A stretch of 64,000 nucleotides of DNA from an uncultured delta proteobacterium. GTDB taxonomy: Bacteria > Desulfobacterota > Binatia > Binatales > Binataceae. Below are positions 40,085 to 49,409 of the stretch, piece by piece (within the stretch, counting starts at the first letter, position 1; each line of letters opens with the position of its first letter). The position numbers were made by a program, and so were the translations under genes. Location of the stretch: the NCBI GenBank assembly GCA_963842085.1, contig CAWJET010000002.1, positions 416,001-480,000 of the forward strand, given 5' to 3'. A model generated the notes under the pieces. The model worked only from the letters and a program-made list of their open reading frames with translations, had not been told where the DNA came from and made no database searches.

Positions 40085-42202
40085 ATGGCAGTGGAGGAAA
40101 TCGGACGGCTTAGAACTATCGCAATCGTGGGCCAGGGCGGGACCGGCAAGACCCAGGCCGCGGACGCGATGCTCTTTACGGCGGGTGCGGCGCCACGACT
40201 GGGGCGGCCCGACGACGGCTCGGCGGCGATGGACTTCGAGCCGGAAGAAACCAGGCATCACATTTCGATTAGTTCCTCGTTCAATCATCTCAACTGGAAA
40301 AAGACCGAAGTAATTTTCGCCGACACCCCCGGCTACACCGCCTTCCTGCCCGAGACGATCACCACGCTGCGTGCGGTCGACGGCGTCGTCATGCTGATAA
40401 GTCCGGGCGCAGACACCAAGATCGAATCCGAAAAAATCTGGGCCGCGACCGCCGATCTCAAACTGCCGCGAATCGCCTTCGTGTCGCGGCTCGATCGCGA
40501 GCGCACCAGCTTCGACGCCGCGATGAAGGACCTCGAAAAGGTGCTCGGCGCGCGCGCGGTCGCGCTGACGATCCCGATTGGCGAGGAGCTGGGCTTCAAG
40601 GGCGTCGTCGATGTGCTCGCGATGAAGGCGCTCACTTACGCCGACACCAGCGGCAAATCCAGGGAAGAGGAATTATCGGCTGAGCTGAAGACACGCGCGG
40701 AAGCGGCGCGCACGGCGCTGTTCGAAGCGGTCGCCGAGACCGACGACACGCTGCTCGAAAAATATCTCGACCAGGGCACTCTCGACGACGCCGAAGTTCG
40801 CACCGCCCTGCACGCGGCCGTCGTCGAGCGCAAAATCACGCCCGTCTTCTGCGGCTCGGGCGCGAAAAATATCGGCATCGGGCCGCTGCTCGACGCCGTG
40901 ACGACCTTTTTGCCGGCGCCCAACGAACGCCCGCCGGTCGAATGCCAGAATCCCGCCACCGGCGAGCCCGTAAGCCGTCCGGCAGATCCGACTGCGCCGT
41001 TCGCCGCGCTGGTCTTCAAGACGATAATCGATCCGTTCGCCGGCAAGCTCTCGATCTTCCGCATCGTTTCGGGCCGCGCGCAAAGCGATGCGGGCGTGCT
41101 CAACTCGACCAGGGAATCGAAGGAACGCTTCGGCCAGTTGCTGCGGCTCGAAGGCAAGAAGCAAGCGCCGATTGCCGGCGCAATCGCCGGCGAAATCGTC
41201 GCCGTCGCCAAGCTCAAGGACACCACCACCGGCGACACGCTATGCGACGAGAAAGCGCCGGTGCTCGTGATGCCGCCGCTCACGCGTCCGGCCGGTGTGA
41301 TGTCGTTCGCAATTCGTCCCAAGAGCAAGGGCGATGAGGAGAAGGCGTCGTCCGCGCTGCAAAAGCTGATCGAGGAGGACCTCGCGCTCGAGATGCATCG
41401 CGATCCGCAGACCCACGACATCATTTTGTCCGGCACCGGCCAGATGCATATCGAAATCACGGTCGAGAAGCTGCGCCGCAAATTCAACGTCGACGTCGAG
41501 CTTCAGGCGCCCAAGGTCCCTTACAAGGAAACCATCAAGGGACGCGCCGAAGCGCAGGGCAAGTACAAGCGCCAGTCCGGCGGTCGCGGGCAATACGGCG
41601 ATTGCTGGCTCAAGATCGAGCCGATGCCGCGCGGCAAGGGCTTCGAGTTCGTCGACAATATCGTCGGCGGCGTGATCCCGCGCAACTTCATACCGTCGGT
41701 CGAAAAAGGCGTGCGCAACACGCTGGTCGAAGGATTCCTGGCCGGCTATCCGATGGTCGACGTCAGGGTCACCGTATTCGACGGCAGCTATCACGACGTC
41801 GACTCGTCGGATATGGCGTTTCAAATCGCGGCCTCGATGGGCTTCAAGGCGGCGCTAGAAAAAGCCAGACCGATCATCCTCGAACCGATCGTCGCGCTCG
41901 AAGTTGCGTGTCCCGATGAATGCATGGGCGACGTGATCGGCGACCTCAACTCGCGCCGCGGCAAAGTGCTCGGGATGGACAGCAAGGGCAACGGCCAGGT
42001 GATCAAGGCGCAGGTGCCGATGGCAGAGGTGCTGAAGTATGCGCCCGACCTGCGCTCAATTACGTCGGGCCGCGGTTCCTTCGAGCAACACTTTTCGCAC
42101 TATGAAGAGGCGCCGGCTCCAGTCGCTGAAAAGATCATCAAGGAGACGCTCGCCGCGCGCGAGGCCGCCGGCGCCAAATCGCACGCCCACGCCCACGCCT
42201 AG
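40085..42202 (+). CDS. Elongation factor G paralog (EF-G2-like)
   Basis: Five-domain EF-G layout, QSGGRGQYG, DGSYHDVDSS; divergent G motifs GQGGTGKT, DTPGY, SRLD. Confidence 0.9.
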   Translation: MAVEEIGRLRTIAIVGQGGTGKTQAADAMLFTAGAAPRLGRPDDGSAAMDFEPEETRHHISISSSFNHLNWKKTEVIFADTPGYTAFLPETITTLRAVDGVVMLISPGADTKIESEKIWAATADLKLPRIAFVSRLDRERTSFDAAMKDLEKVLGARAVALTIPIGEELGFKGVVDVLAMKALTYADTSGKSREEELSAELKTRAEAARTALFEAVAETDDTLLEKYLDQGTLDDAEVRTALHAAVVERKITPVFCGSGAKNIGIGPLLDAVTTFLPAPNERPPVECQNPATGEPVSRPADPTAPFAALVFKTIIDPFAGKLSIFRIVSGRAQSDAGVLNSTRESKERFGQLLRLEGKKQAPIAGAIAGEIVAVAKLKDTTTGDTLCDEKAPVLVMPPLTRPAGVMSFAIRPKSKGDEEKASSALQKLIEEDLALEMHRDPQTHDIILSGTGQMHIEITVEKLRRKFNVDVELQAPKVPYKETIKGRAEAQGKYKRQSGGRGQYGDCWLKIEPMPRGKGFEFVDNIVGGVIPRNFIPSVEKGVRNTLVEGFLAGYPMVDVRVTVFDGSYHDVDSSDMAFQIAASMGFKAALEKARPIILEPIVALEVACPDECMGDVIGDLNSRRGKVLGMDSKGNGQVIKAQVPMAEVLKYAPDLRSITSGRGSFEQHFSHYEEAPAPVAEKIIKETLAAREAAGAKSHAHAHA

Positions 42203-42279
42203 AGCGCGGGGCAGGGCAGGGCGGCCTTGTATTGCAAGGGCCGCCCGTCTTGTACAATCGGTGCGGTGGCAGCTAGCCG

Positions 42280-42492
42280 ATGGCGCCGATAGGAAAGAGC
42301 CTGGTCTTCGCCGGTATCGCGATTGCGGTCGTGGGACTGGCGCTGTGGGGATTGTCGTCGGTGCCGTACGTCGGCAGGCTGCCGGGCGACATCTACGTCC
42401 GCCGCGGCAACTTCACCTTCTATTTTCCGCTCGCGACCTGCATTCTTGTAAGCATCATTGCGACTATACTGTTCTCGCTGACGAGGCATTGA
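42280..42492 (+). CDS. DUF2905-like small membrane protein
   Basis: GRLPGDI...NFTFYFPLATCIL. Confidence 0.85.
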   Translation: MAPIGKSLVFAGIAIAVVGLALWGLSSVPYVGRLPGDIYVRRGNFTFYFPLATCILVSIIATILFSLTRH

Positions 42493-42496
42493 CGAA

Positions 42497-44725
42497 TTGG
42501 CAACGGAAAAATCCGCAAGCCTGCATCGGCTCGCAGAGCGCAAGCGGCGCCGCCGCGAGCTGATCGCCGTCGGTGTGGCCGGCGCGACTCTGGTCGCATT
42601 CGTGCTCGCCCAGACCGAGTTGCCGCCGCTCACGCGTCACACCTCGCTGGCTTCGAACCTGGCGGTCATCTCGCTCTTCAACCTGAGCTTTTTGCTGCTC
42701 GGCTTGATGCTGTTCCTGGTCGGACGCAACCTGGCCAAGGTCATCTTCGAGCGCCGCCGCGGATTGATCGGCTCCAAATTCCAGGTCCGGCTGGTGGCGG
42801 GATTCATCGCGGTCGCCCTGATCCCGAGCGCGTTCCTGCTGTACGTGTCGGGCGTGTTTCTGCACGCCGACATCAATAGCTGGTTCAATCCCGAGTACCA
42901 GCAGATTCTCGATGACTCGCTCGAGATCGCGAGGACCTATTATCTGAATTCGGCCAACAACGCGTCGCATTTCGCGCGCGTGCTGGCAGAGGAGATCTCG
43001 GCGCGCGGCCTGCTCGCGCCGCAAAAGCGCGACGATCTCAAGGCGTTCATCAATCAGCGCCAGGAGGAATACAACCTCGGCACCATCGAGGTGTTCTCCG
43101 CCGATCGCAAGCTGCTGCTGATCGACCTCAGTCCCAAGACGCCCACCGGCATCGGCGCGTCGCCCGATTCGCCGATCATCTCGCAAACGCTGAAGGGACA
43201 GGCCCTCACGCGCACCGACCGCCTCGGCAACGCCGACGTAATCCGCGGCTCCGCGCCGATTTACGTCTCGAGCGAGACCGACAACGTGCTCGGCGCCGTG
43301 CTGGTCGACTACTATCTCCCGCAGAGCCTGGCGACGCGCGCGACCAACATTTCGCGCGTATCCGAGGACTACTTCCAACTCCGAATCCTGCGCCAGCCCA
43401 TCATGAACAGTTACCTGCTGACGCTGGTGCTGATCGGGCTGGTGGTGGTGACGCTGGCGAGCTGGTTCGGCATATTTCTTTCGCGCGGAATCACCGGCCC
43501 GATCAAGCTGCTCGCGCGCGGCACGCAGGCGATCGCGGGCGGCGACCTCCATTACCGCATCCCCGCCGTGGGCGACGACGAGCTCGGCCAGCTGGTCGAT
43601 TCCTTCAACCAGATGACCGCCGATCTGCGCGCTTCCGCCGCTGAGCTCGAGCGCCGGCGCCATTACACCGAGACCCTGCTGCGCAATGTGTCGGCGGGCG
43701 TCGTCGGGCTGGACCACGACGGCGTCGTCACCACCATCAATCCGTGCGCCGAGCGGCTGCTCGATCTGAGCGCCGCCGCCGTCATCGGCCGCAACTACCA
43801 GGGCGCGTTCCCGCCCGCGCTGGCCCGCGTGCTCGACGACATATTCGCTTTCGCCACGCGCCCGCGCGAAGCCCGCTCGACCGTCAAGCTCGAAGTCGCG
43901 AGCGGCGAGACCGAGCTGATGATGACCGCGAGCCCGCTGGGCGACACTCCCGGCGAACCCGCCGGAACCGTGCTGTTCTTCGAGGACGTCAGCCAGATTG
44001 CGAAGGTCGAGCGGATGGAGGCGTGGCGCGAAGTTGCGCGCCGCATCGCGCACGAGATCAAGAATCCGCTGACCCCGATTCAGCTTTCGGCCGAACGGCT
44101 CCGGCGCCAGCTCGGCGCGCGCCCGGGTATCGAGTCCACGCTGGTCGAGGAATGCACGCGCACGATTATCGGCGAAGTCGAGGACCTCAAGCGGCTGGTG
44201 AATGAGTTTTCGGCGTTCGCGCGGATGCCGCATCTGAATCCGGTTCCGGGCGACATCAACGCGCTCGCCGGCGAGACCGTCGCGAATTTCCGCGAGGCGA
44301 ATCCCAGGGTCGAGTTTGCGCTCGCGCTCGACCCCGCGATCCCGCTGATTCCGATCGATCGCGACGCGCTGAAACGCGCGCTGGTCAACCTGCTCGACAA
44401 CGCGGTCGCCGCCGTGACCGCCATCAATCATAACGGCGCCGGCCCCAGGATCGAGGTGCGTAGCTATCGGCGCCCCGACAACTCGCTCGTAACCCTCGAA
44501 GTCGCGGACAACGGCCCGGGCATCGATCCGCGCCTGCGCACCCGCATCTTCGAGCCGTACTATTCGGGCAAAAAGGGCGGTACCGGACTCGGCCTCGCGA
44601 TCGTCTCCGCGGTCGTAACCGACCATCACGGCTTCGTCCGCGTAACCGACAACCCGCCGCGCGGAAGTAGATTTGTGCTAGAATTTCCTATAAAACACCT
44701 ACAATTCGCAAAGGCAACCGGCTGA
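42497..44725 (+). CDS. NtrY-type sensor histidine kinase (TM-periplasmic-HAMP-PAS-HisKA-HATPase)
   Basis: AWREVARRIAHEIKNPLTPIQL H-box, NLLDNA, DNGPGI, GTGLGL. Confidence 0.93.
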   Translation: MATEKSASLHRLAERKRRRRELIAVGVAGATLVAFVLAQTELPPLTRHTSLASNLAVISLFNLSFLLLGLMLFLVGRNLAKVIFERRRGLIGSKFQVRLVAGFIAVALIPSAFLLYVSGVFLHADINSWFNPEYQQILDDSLEIARTYYLNSANNASHFARVLAEEISARGLLAPQKRDDLKAFINQRQEEYNLGTIEVFSADRKLLLIDLSPKTPTGIGASPDSPIISQTLKGQALTRTDRLGNADVIRGSAPIYVSSETDNVLGAVLVDYYLPQSLATRATNISRVSEDYFQLRILRQPIMNSYLLTLVLIGLVVVTLASWFGIFLSRGITGPIKLLARGTQAIAGGDLHYRIPAVGDDELGQLVDSFNQMTADLRASAAELERRRHYTETLLRNVSAGVVGLDHDGVVTTINPCAERLLDLSAAAVIGRNYQGAFPPALARVLDDIFAFATRPREARSTVKLEVASGETELMMTASPLGDTPGEPAGTVLFFEDVSQIAKVERMEAWREVARRIAHEIKNPLTPIQLSAERLRRQLGARPGIESTLVEECTRTIIGEVEDLKRLVNEFSAFARMPHLNPVPGDINALAGETVANFREANPRVEFALALDPAIPLIPIDRDALKRALVNLLDNAVAAVTAINHNGAGPRIEVRSYRRPDNSLVTLEVADNGPGIDPRLRTRIFEPYYSGKKGGTGLGLAIVSAVVTDHHGFVRVTDNPPRGSRFVLEFPIKHLQFAKATG

Positions 44726-44776
44726 TGCGATTCTTGCCGCGCCGCGACGAAGCGCGCTCCCCGGAGAAAATTTGAC

Positions 44777-46054
44777 GTGAACGAGACCGTGCTGGTGGTG
44801 GATGACGAGGAGCGGATTCGGTCGTCTTTGCGTGGAATCTTGAGCGATGAAGGCTTTCGCGTCGTCGAGACCGGCGACGCCCCGGGCGTGATGGACCTGA
44901 TTGCGCGCGAGAGTCCCGCCCTCGTTCTGCTCGACGTCTGGATGCCCGAAATGGACGGCATCGAGTTGCTGCGGCGAATCAAGTTCGAGCAGCCCCAGGT
45001 CCCGGTCATCATGATTTCCGGCCACGCCAATATCCAGAGCGCGGTCGCTGCCACCAAGCTCGGCGCCGCCGATTTCATTCAGAAGCCGTTCTCGGTCAGC
45101 GGATTGCTCGCGTCGATCGCGCGGGCGCTCGAGGGCGACTCCGCCGGTCCTGATCCATCCAGCGCGCGCGGCATGAGCGCCGAGGTCCGCGCTGCCGGCC
45201 GCAAGGCAATCCGCGCCGGCGCGATTCCGCAGCGCACCGTCGCGCGCTCGATCGTGACCGGCGGGCAGGGGCTTCACACCGGCCTCAAGACCGGCGTCAT
45301 CCTCCATCCCGCGCCCGCAGGATTTGGAATCGTGTTCACCTCGCTCGCCGACGAGACTTCCATTCCGGTCCGCTTCGAGAACGTCACCGACACCGGCTAC
45401 AACACCACCCTCGCCAGCGGCGGCCGCTCGGTCCGCACCGTCGAGCACCTGCTGTCTGCGCTCCACGCCTTCGGCATCACCAACCTCCTCGTCAAGACCG
45501 ACGACGAAGTACCCGCGCTCGACGGTTCGGCGCTTGAGTTTTGCAAACAGATTGCCGAAGCCGGGCTCACCACGCAGGACGCAACCGTCGAACCGATCAA
45601 ACTTACCCACCAGCTCGTGATCGGCGATGAAGGCGAGGGCCGCGAGTTTATCAAGGCCGAGCCCGCCGACCACCTGATCATTGATTACACGCTCGACTAC
45701 CCCAAACCGATCGGCATCCAGCAACTGCACTTCGAGCTGACTTCGCCCGACGCCTACACCCGCGAAATTGCGCCGGCGCGCACCTTTGGCTTCGTTTGGG
45801 AGTTTCGCAAGCTCGCCGAGCTCGGCCTCGGCAGCGGCGCGCGCATCGACAACGCCATCTTGGTCGACGACGACAAGGTCGTGAACACCACGCTGCGCTT
45901 CCCCGACGAATTCGCGCGCCACAAGGTCCTCGATCTGATCGGCGACCTCTACCTGCTCGGCCGTCCGCTGCATGCGCACATCACCGCGTCGAAGACCGGC
46001 CACTCCGACAACCTGGCCCTGGTCAAGGCAATCCACGCGTCGCTCCAAAGCTGA
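44777..46054 (+). CDS. lpxC: Receiver domain fused to UDP-3-O-acyl-GlcNAc deacetylase (REC-LpxC)
   Basis: REC aa 1-119 (DD9-10, D53, S81, K103-P104); LpxC from aa 152: QRT..GQGLHTG, TVEHLLSAL, DGSA, ARTFGF, HKVLDLIGDL, KTGH. Confidence 0.93.
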   Translation: MNETVLVVDDEERIRSSLRGILSDEGFRVVETGDAPGVMDLIARESPALVLLDVWMPEMDGIELLRRIKFEQPQVPVIMISGHANIQSAVAATKLGAADFIQKPFSVSGLLASIARALEGDSAGPDPSSARGMSAEVRAAGRKAIRAGAIPQRTVARSIVTGGQGLHTGLKTGVILHPAPAGFGIVFTSLADETSIPVRFENVTDTGYNTTLASGGRSVRTVEHLLSALHAFGITNLLVKTDDEVPALDGSALEFCKQIAEAGLTTQDATVEPIKLTHQLVIGDEGEGREFIKAEPADHLIIDYTLDYPKPIGIQQLHFELTSPDAYTREIAPARTFGFVWEFRKLAELGLGSGARIDNAILVDDDKVVNTTLRFPDEFARHKVLDLIGDLYLLGRPLHAHITASKTGHSDNLALVKAIHASLQS

Positions 46055-46077
46055 ACGGTTTGTCTTTCTCGCTTGTT

Positions 46078-46113
46078 CCCCTTCCCACATGCGAAGGGGT
46101 TAGGGGTTAGGTT
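46078..46113. repeat. REP-like element (CCCCTTC...GAAGGGG-TTAGGGGTTAGG)
   Basis: Short hairpin plus TTAGGGG tail; related to GGGAGAGGTTAGGTGAGGG near 61825. Confidence 0.55.
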
Positions 46114-46160
46114 AATCGAGGCGCGCGCAGTTCCCTCAGTCCTGACGGCTTAAACTCGAC

Positions 46161-46892
46161 ATGGATCTCAGAGGAAAAGTCGCGTTGGTAACCGGCGCAA
46201 GCCGCCGCGTCGGACGCGCCATCGCGCTGAAATTCGCCGGCCACGGCGCCACGGTCGCAGTTCACTATCATGGCTCGCACGCCGAGGCGGACGCAGTCGT
46301 CGCCGAGATCGCGCGCAAGCGTGGCAAGGCTCGGGCATTTTGCGCCAACCTTGAGCGCGTCGGTGAGATTGAGGCGATGGTCGCCGGCGTGCTCGACGCG
46401 TTCGGCCGAATCGACATCCTCGTCAATTCCGCTTCGGTCTTCGCGCGCACGCCGCTCGCCGAACTCACCGAGCGCGACTGGGACGCGAACCTCGATACCA
46501 ACCTGAAGGCGCCGTTTTTTCTGTCGAAGTTCGCGGGCGCAGCGATGCGCCGGCAGGGCGCGGGCAAAATCGTCAACCTCGGCGATTGGGCCGGGCTGCG
46601 TCCGTACAAGGACTACCTGCCGTACTCAGTGTCCAAGAGCGGCCTGATAGGCTTGACCAAGGCGCTCGCCAAAGAACTGGCGCCCGAAGTGCAGGTCAAC
46701 TGCATAGCGCTGGGCATGGTGATGCCGCCCGAAAGCTATACCAGGGAAGAAGTGGAGCGCCTCGTCAATCGCACGCTAACCAAAAAAATGGGCTCCGCCG
46801 AAGACGTCGCCCGCGCCGTGATCTTCTTCTGCGAAACAGACTTCGCCACCGGCGCAACCCTCGAACTGGAAGGCGGTCGCCTGCTCGTTTAG
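46161..46892 (+). CDS. SDR oxidoreductase (pteridine reductase/FolM-like)
   Basis: TGASRRVG, LVNSASVF, YSVSK. Confidence 0.88.
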   Translation: MDLRGKVALVTGASRRVGRAIALKFAGHGATVAVHYHGSHAEADAVVAEIARKRGKARAFCANLERVGEIEAMVAGVLDAFGRIDILVNSASVFARTPLAELTERDWDANLDTNLKAPFFLSKFAGAAMRRQGAGKIVNLGDWAGLRPYKDYLPYSVSKSGLIGLTKALAKELAPEVQVNCIALGMVMPPESYTREEVERLVNRTLTKKMGSAEDVARAVIFFCETDFATGATLELEGGRLLV

Positions 46893-47932
46893 CTCTTCTC
46901 CGTCGGCGCCTTCTTGAACTCGATCTTCGCGCTCTTCGCAATTTTCTTGAGCAGCGCCTTTACGACCGTGTCTTCGTTCTCGTCGAGCAAAAACATCGCA
47001 ATCTTCGCCTTCACTTCCGACAGGGGCGAGATCGTCTCGCCGCGCCGCGAAAGCACCTTGATAAAGCTGAAGCCGAGATTCGACTCGACGATTTGCGTCA
47101 GCTGCCCGACCGGCGTCGCGAACACCAGCTTGTCCACCACCGGCGGCAACTGCCCGGGCCGAAAGTAACCGAGGTTGCCCCCCTTCGCCGCCGATTCCGC
47201 GTCCTCGGAGTTCTGCTTGGCGAGCGCCGCGAAGTCCTTGCTCTTGAGCGCCTCCTTGTACAGCTTGATGATTTTTTCGCTCGCCGCCTTCTTCTGCGCG
47301 TCGGTCGGGTTGGGCGGGAGCTTCACCGCGATGTGCGCGATTTCCGCCTCGCCGGGATCCTTGACGAACAGGTCGCGATGCTCGTCGTAGTATTGCTGGA
47401 TCTGCGCGTCGGTGGGCTGCACGTGATGCGCCCGGAATTCGTCGTCGAGCATTTTCTCGATCACCATCGACCCGCGCACCGCGTTCATCAGTTGCGCATC
47501 CGGAGCGCCGGTCGTCGCGACGGTCTGGCCGCCCGCGCCGGCAATCTGGAACTCGCGCGCACGCTGCGCCACTTCGGGGTCGGAGACCGTGATCTTGCGC
47601 TTCTCGGCCTCCTGCAGCAGCAATTGCCGGTTGATTAGATTTTCGCTCGCGTCGCGAAACACCGCCCTCGATTCTTCGGTGCTGGTCGCGTTGATCATCC
47701 GCGCTTCGGTCTTCGCATAGTCGGTTATCTCCGCCGCGGTGATCGGAGCGCCGTTGACCGTCACCACCACCGGATCTTTCGGATTGGGTTTGACCAGCGG
47801 GAGGATTCCGAGGAAGCGTTGTTGCCAGTCGAGTCCCGCCTCACCAAGTTGCGCGCAGACTGGATACGCGGTTGCAACCGCGACAGCAATCGCGACAATC
47901 AAACCGGCGAGCGGCGTTCGGCTAATGCGCAT
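46889..47932 (-). CDS. SurA/PrsA-like parvulin peptidyl-prolyl isomerase
   Basis: Signal peptide, VNGAPIT, HIAV, FAALAKQNSED...GGNLGYF; start at 47932 inferred. Confidence 0.88.
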   Translation of the reverse strand: MRISRTPLAGLIVAIAVAVATAYPVCAQLGEAGLDWQQRFLGILPLVKPNPKDPVVVTVNGAPITAAEITDYAKTEARMINATSTEESRAVFRDASENLINRQLLLQEAEKRKITVSDPEVAQRAREFQIAGAGGQTVATTGAPDAQLMNAVRGSMVIEKMLDDEFRAHHVQPTDAQIQQYYDEHRDLFVKDPGEAEIAHIAVKLPPNPTDAQKKAASEKIIKLYKEALKSKDFAALAKQNSEDAESAAKGGNLGYFRPGQLPPVVDKLVFATPVGQLTQIVESNLGFSFIKVLSRRGETISPLSEVKAKIAMFLLDENEDTVVKALLKKIAKSAKIEFKKAPTEKS

Positions 47933-48052
47933 CAATTCAAAACCCCCAATCGGTCTGCGTGCGGCGCCCCGCACGATGAACCCACGGCGTATACTCGGAT
48001 GCGATTCGGCGTCAAGGGGGTCGCCTCGATGCGGGCGGCTGGGAGATTTGCG

Positions 48053-48238
48053 ATGGCGCAACTGCGCACCGTGAGCATGGTCTTCGCGATAGTCGCGAGC
48101 GTAGTCGCGATTGTCGCCGGCTTCATCCTGTTTTTTGTGATCGAGCAGCCGTTCCTGGCGTCGATTTTTCTCGCCTCCGCGCTAATCGCTATCGGATGCT
48201 TCGTGCTCACGGGCATCGCCGCCTACTTCGGTCCCTGA
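48053..48238 (+). CDS. Small two-TM membrane protein (61 aa)
   Basis: GGGAG SD, two hydrophobic helices. Confidence 0.6.
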   Translation: MAQLRTVSMVFAIVASVVAIVAGFILFFVIEQPFLASIFLASALIAIGCFVLTGIAAYFGP

Positions 48239-48290
48239 ACTAGCCTCGCAACTTGTTCTAACAGGGACGAAGTCCCGCATCTTTTCTTGG

Positions 48291-48348
48291 TACTGGGTGC
48301 AGGGGTCACCCCTGCCCAGGGAAGCGTGAAACCCACGGTGGGTTTCAC
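48291..48348. repeat. Composite double-hairpin REP-like repeat, copy 1
   Basis: 56/58 identical to 49185-49242; GCAGGGGTCACCCCTGC and GTGAAACCC..GGGTTTCAC hairpins. Confidence 0.9.
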
Positions 48349-48354
48349 ATTCAA

Positions 48355-49131
48355 TTAAGTGTATTCCCCCCTGCTGCCACGCGGCACGAGTGCCGGCGCG
48401 TACGCCGTTCTGCACGGCGGCCCCGGCGCGAAGTAGTGCACGACTTCCGGCGTGTTGCTGCGCATGAAGATCAAGCTCGACGACCGCGTCCCATAGTTCT
48501 CCAGATGCAGGCACAGCGCATTCGGCCGTCCCGTGCGCGAATCGAGCTGCGTATTATGGTCGGCCAGCAACGCCCCCAGCTCTGCGCGCTGCCCCACGGG
48601 GTCGCGCTGGAAATCCGCACGATTCCCAAGCTCCGCGAACTTGCCATACGACGCGCTTATCTTGGGACACTCGAAATCGTTCACGTCGAGATTGGACAGC
48701 AGATGCAGCCCGGGCTTCAGCGCGACCACCTCGATCAAAGCGCCGCGATTATACGCGACGAACGCCTCGGTCCGCGAGACCATCAGCAGATTGAATGGAT
48801 TGTAGTCCGACCCACGCTCGCGCGCCGCGAACTCCGCCGCCTCCGCCGCCGTCCGGCGCCGAAGCGCATCGAGGCATAGCAACCCGCGCGACCGCGCATT
48901 CGGATTGGCGCCGTTCTCCGCGCGCCGATTTAGCAGCCCCGCCACAATTCCATGCTCGCTGATGCCAAGCCACGTCCCGCCCGCCTTCAGGTCCTTGCCG
49001 CCAACCACGTGCGGCTCCTCGAGCAGGGTAGTAGGGTCAACCGCCGGCCGCTCGAGAAACTCATCACGATTGGCCGCAATCACCACCGGACAGTCGCGCG
49101 TCGCCTGAAAGTAAATCGCCAGCGTGCACAT
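48355..49131 (-). CDS. NRDE/TANGO2 family protein
   Basis: MCT start, AANRDEF, GGTWLG, SRGLL, YGTRSS. Confidence 0.92.
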   Translation of the reverse strand: MCTLAIYFQATRDCPVVIAANRDEFLERPAVDPTTLLEEPHVVGGKDLKAGGTWLGISEHGIVAGLLNRRAENGANPNARSRGLLCLDALRRRTAAEAAEFAARERGSDYNPFNLLMVSRTEAFVAYNRGALIEVVALKPGLHLLSNLDVNDFECPKISASYGKFAELGNRADFQRDPVGQRAELGALLADHNTQLDSRTGRPNALCLHLENYGTRSSSLIFMRSNTPEVVHYFAPGPPCRTAYAPALVPRGSRGEYT

Positions 49132-49184
49132 CCATACAAAGTTGGCAGCCCGCCGCCCCCCCGCACAAGCCCCACATTTCTTAT

Positions 49185-49245
49185 TACTGGGTGCAGGGGT
49201 CACCCCTGCCCAAGGAAGCGTGAAACCCACGGCGGGTTTCACTAC
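49185..49245. repeat. Composite double-hairpin REP-like repeat, copy 2 (GTAG-initiated on minus strand)
   Basis: Matches 48291-48348; minus strand reads GTAGTGAAACCCGCCGTGGGTTTCAC. Confidence 0.9.
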
Positions 49246-49284
49246 GATGAAGTGTGTTCGTGTTTTGTTCTCCTGAACTAAAAA

Positions 49285-49300
49285 CGTTTCACGTGAAACA
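49285..49300. promoter_or_regulatory. parS-like palindrome
   Basis: CGTTTCACGTGAAACA, 15/16 match to TGTTTCACGTGAAACA. Confidence 0.7.
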
Positions 49301-49409
49301 TTTTTGTGAAAACCTCAACAACAGAGCACCAAATTCGACCACCTGCCACGAATTCGACTGCCATTTGCGCGCGCGTCCCTCAACGAAACGATTTTGATAG
49401 AATCGATGC

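Noticed and set aside
42464-44629. 721-aa minus-strand ORF, and similar long antisense ORFs (10569-12116, 19329-21065, 23336-24682, 44699-46090, 51702-53240)
   Set aside because: Shadow frames of well-supported genes in high-GC DNA, with no recognisable motifs.
45173-46054. Separate lpxC gene starting at the linker Met133
   Set aside because: No stop ends the REC frame and no SD precedes this ATG, so a single fused ORF is the simpler reading.
46099-46111. Telomere-like TTAGGG units
   Set aside because: Only two units, part of a REP-like element in a bacterial intergenic region.
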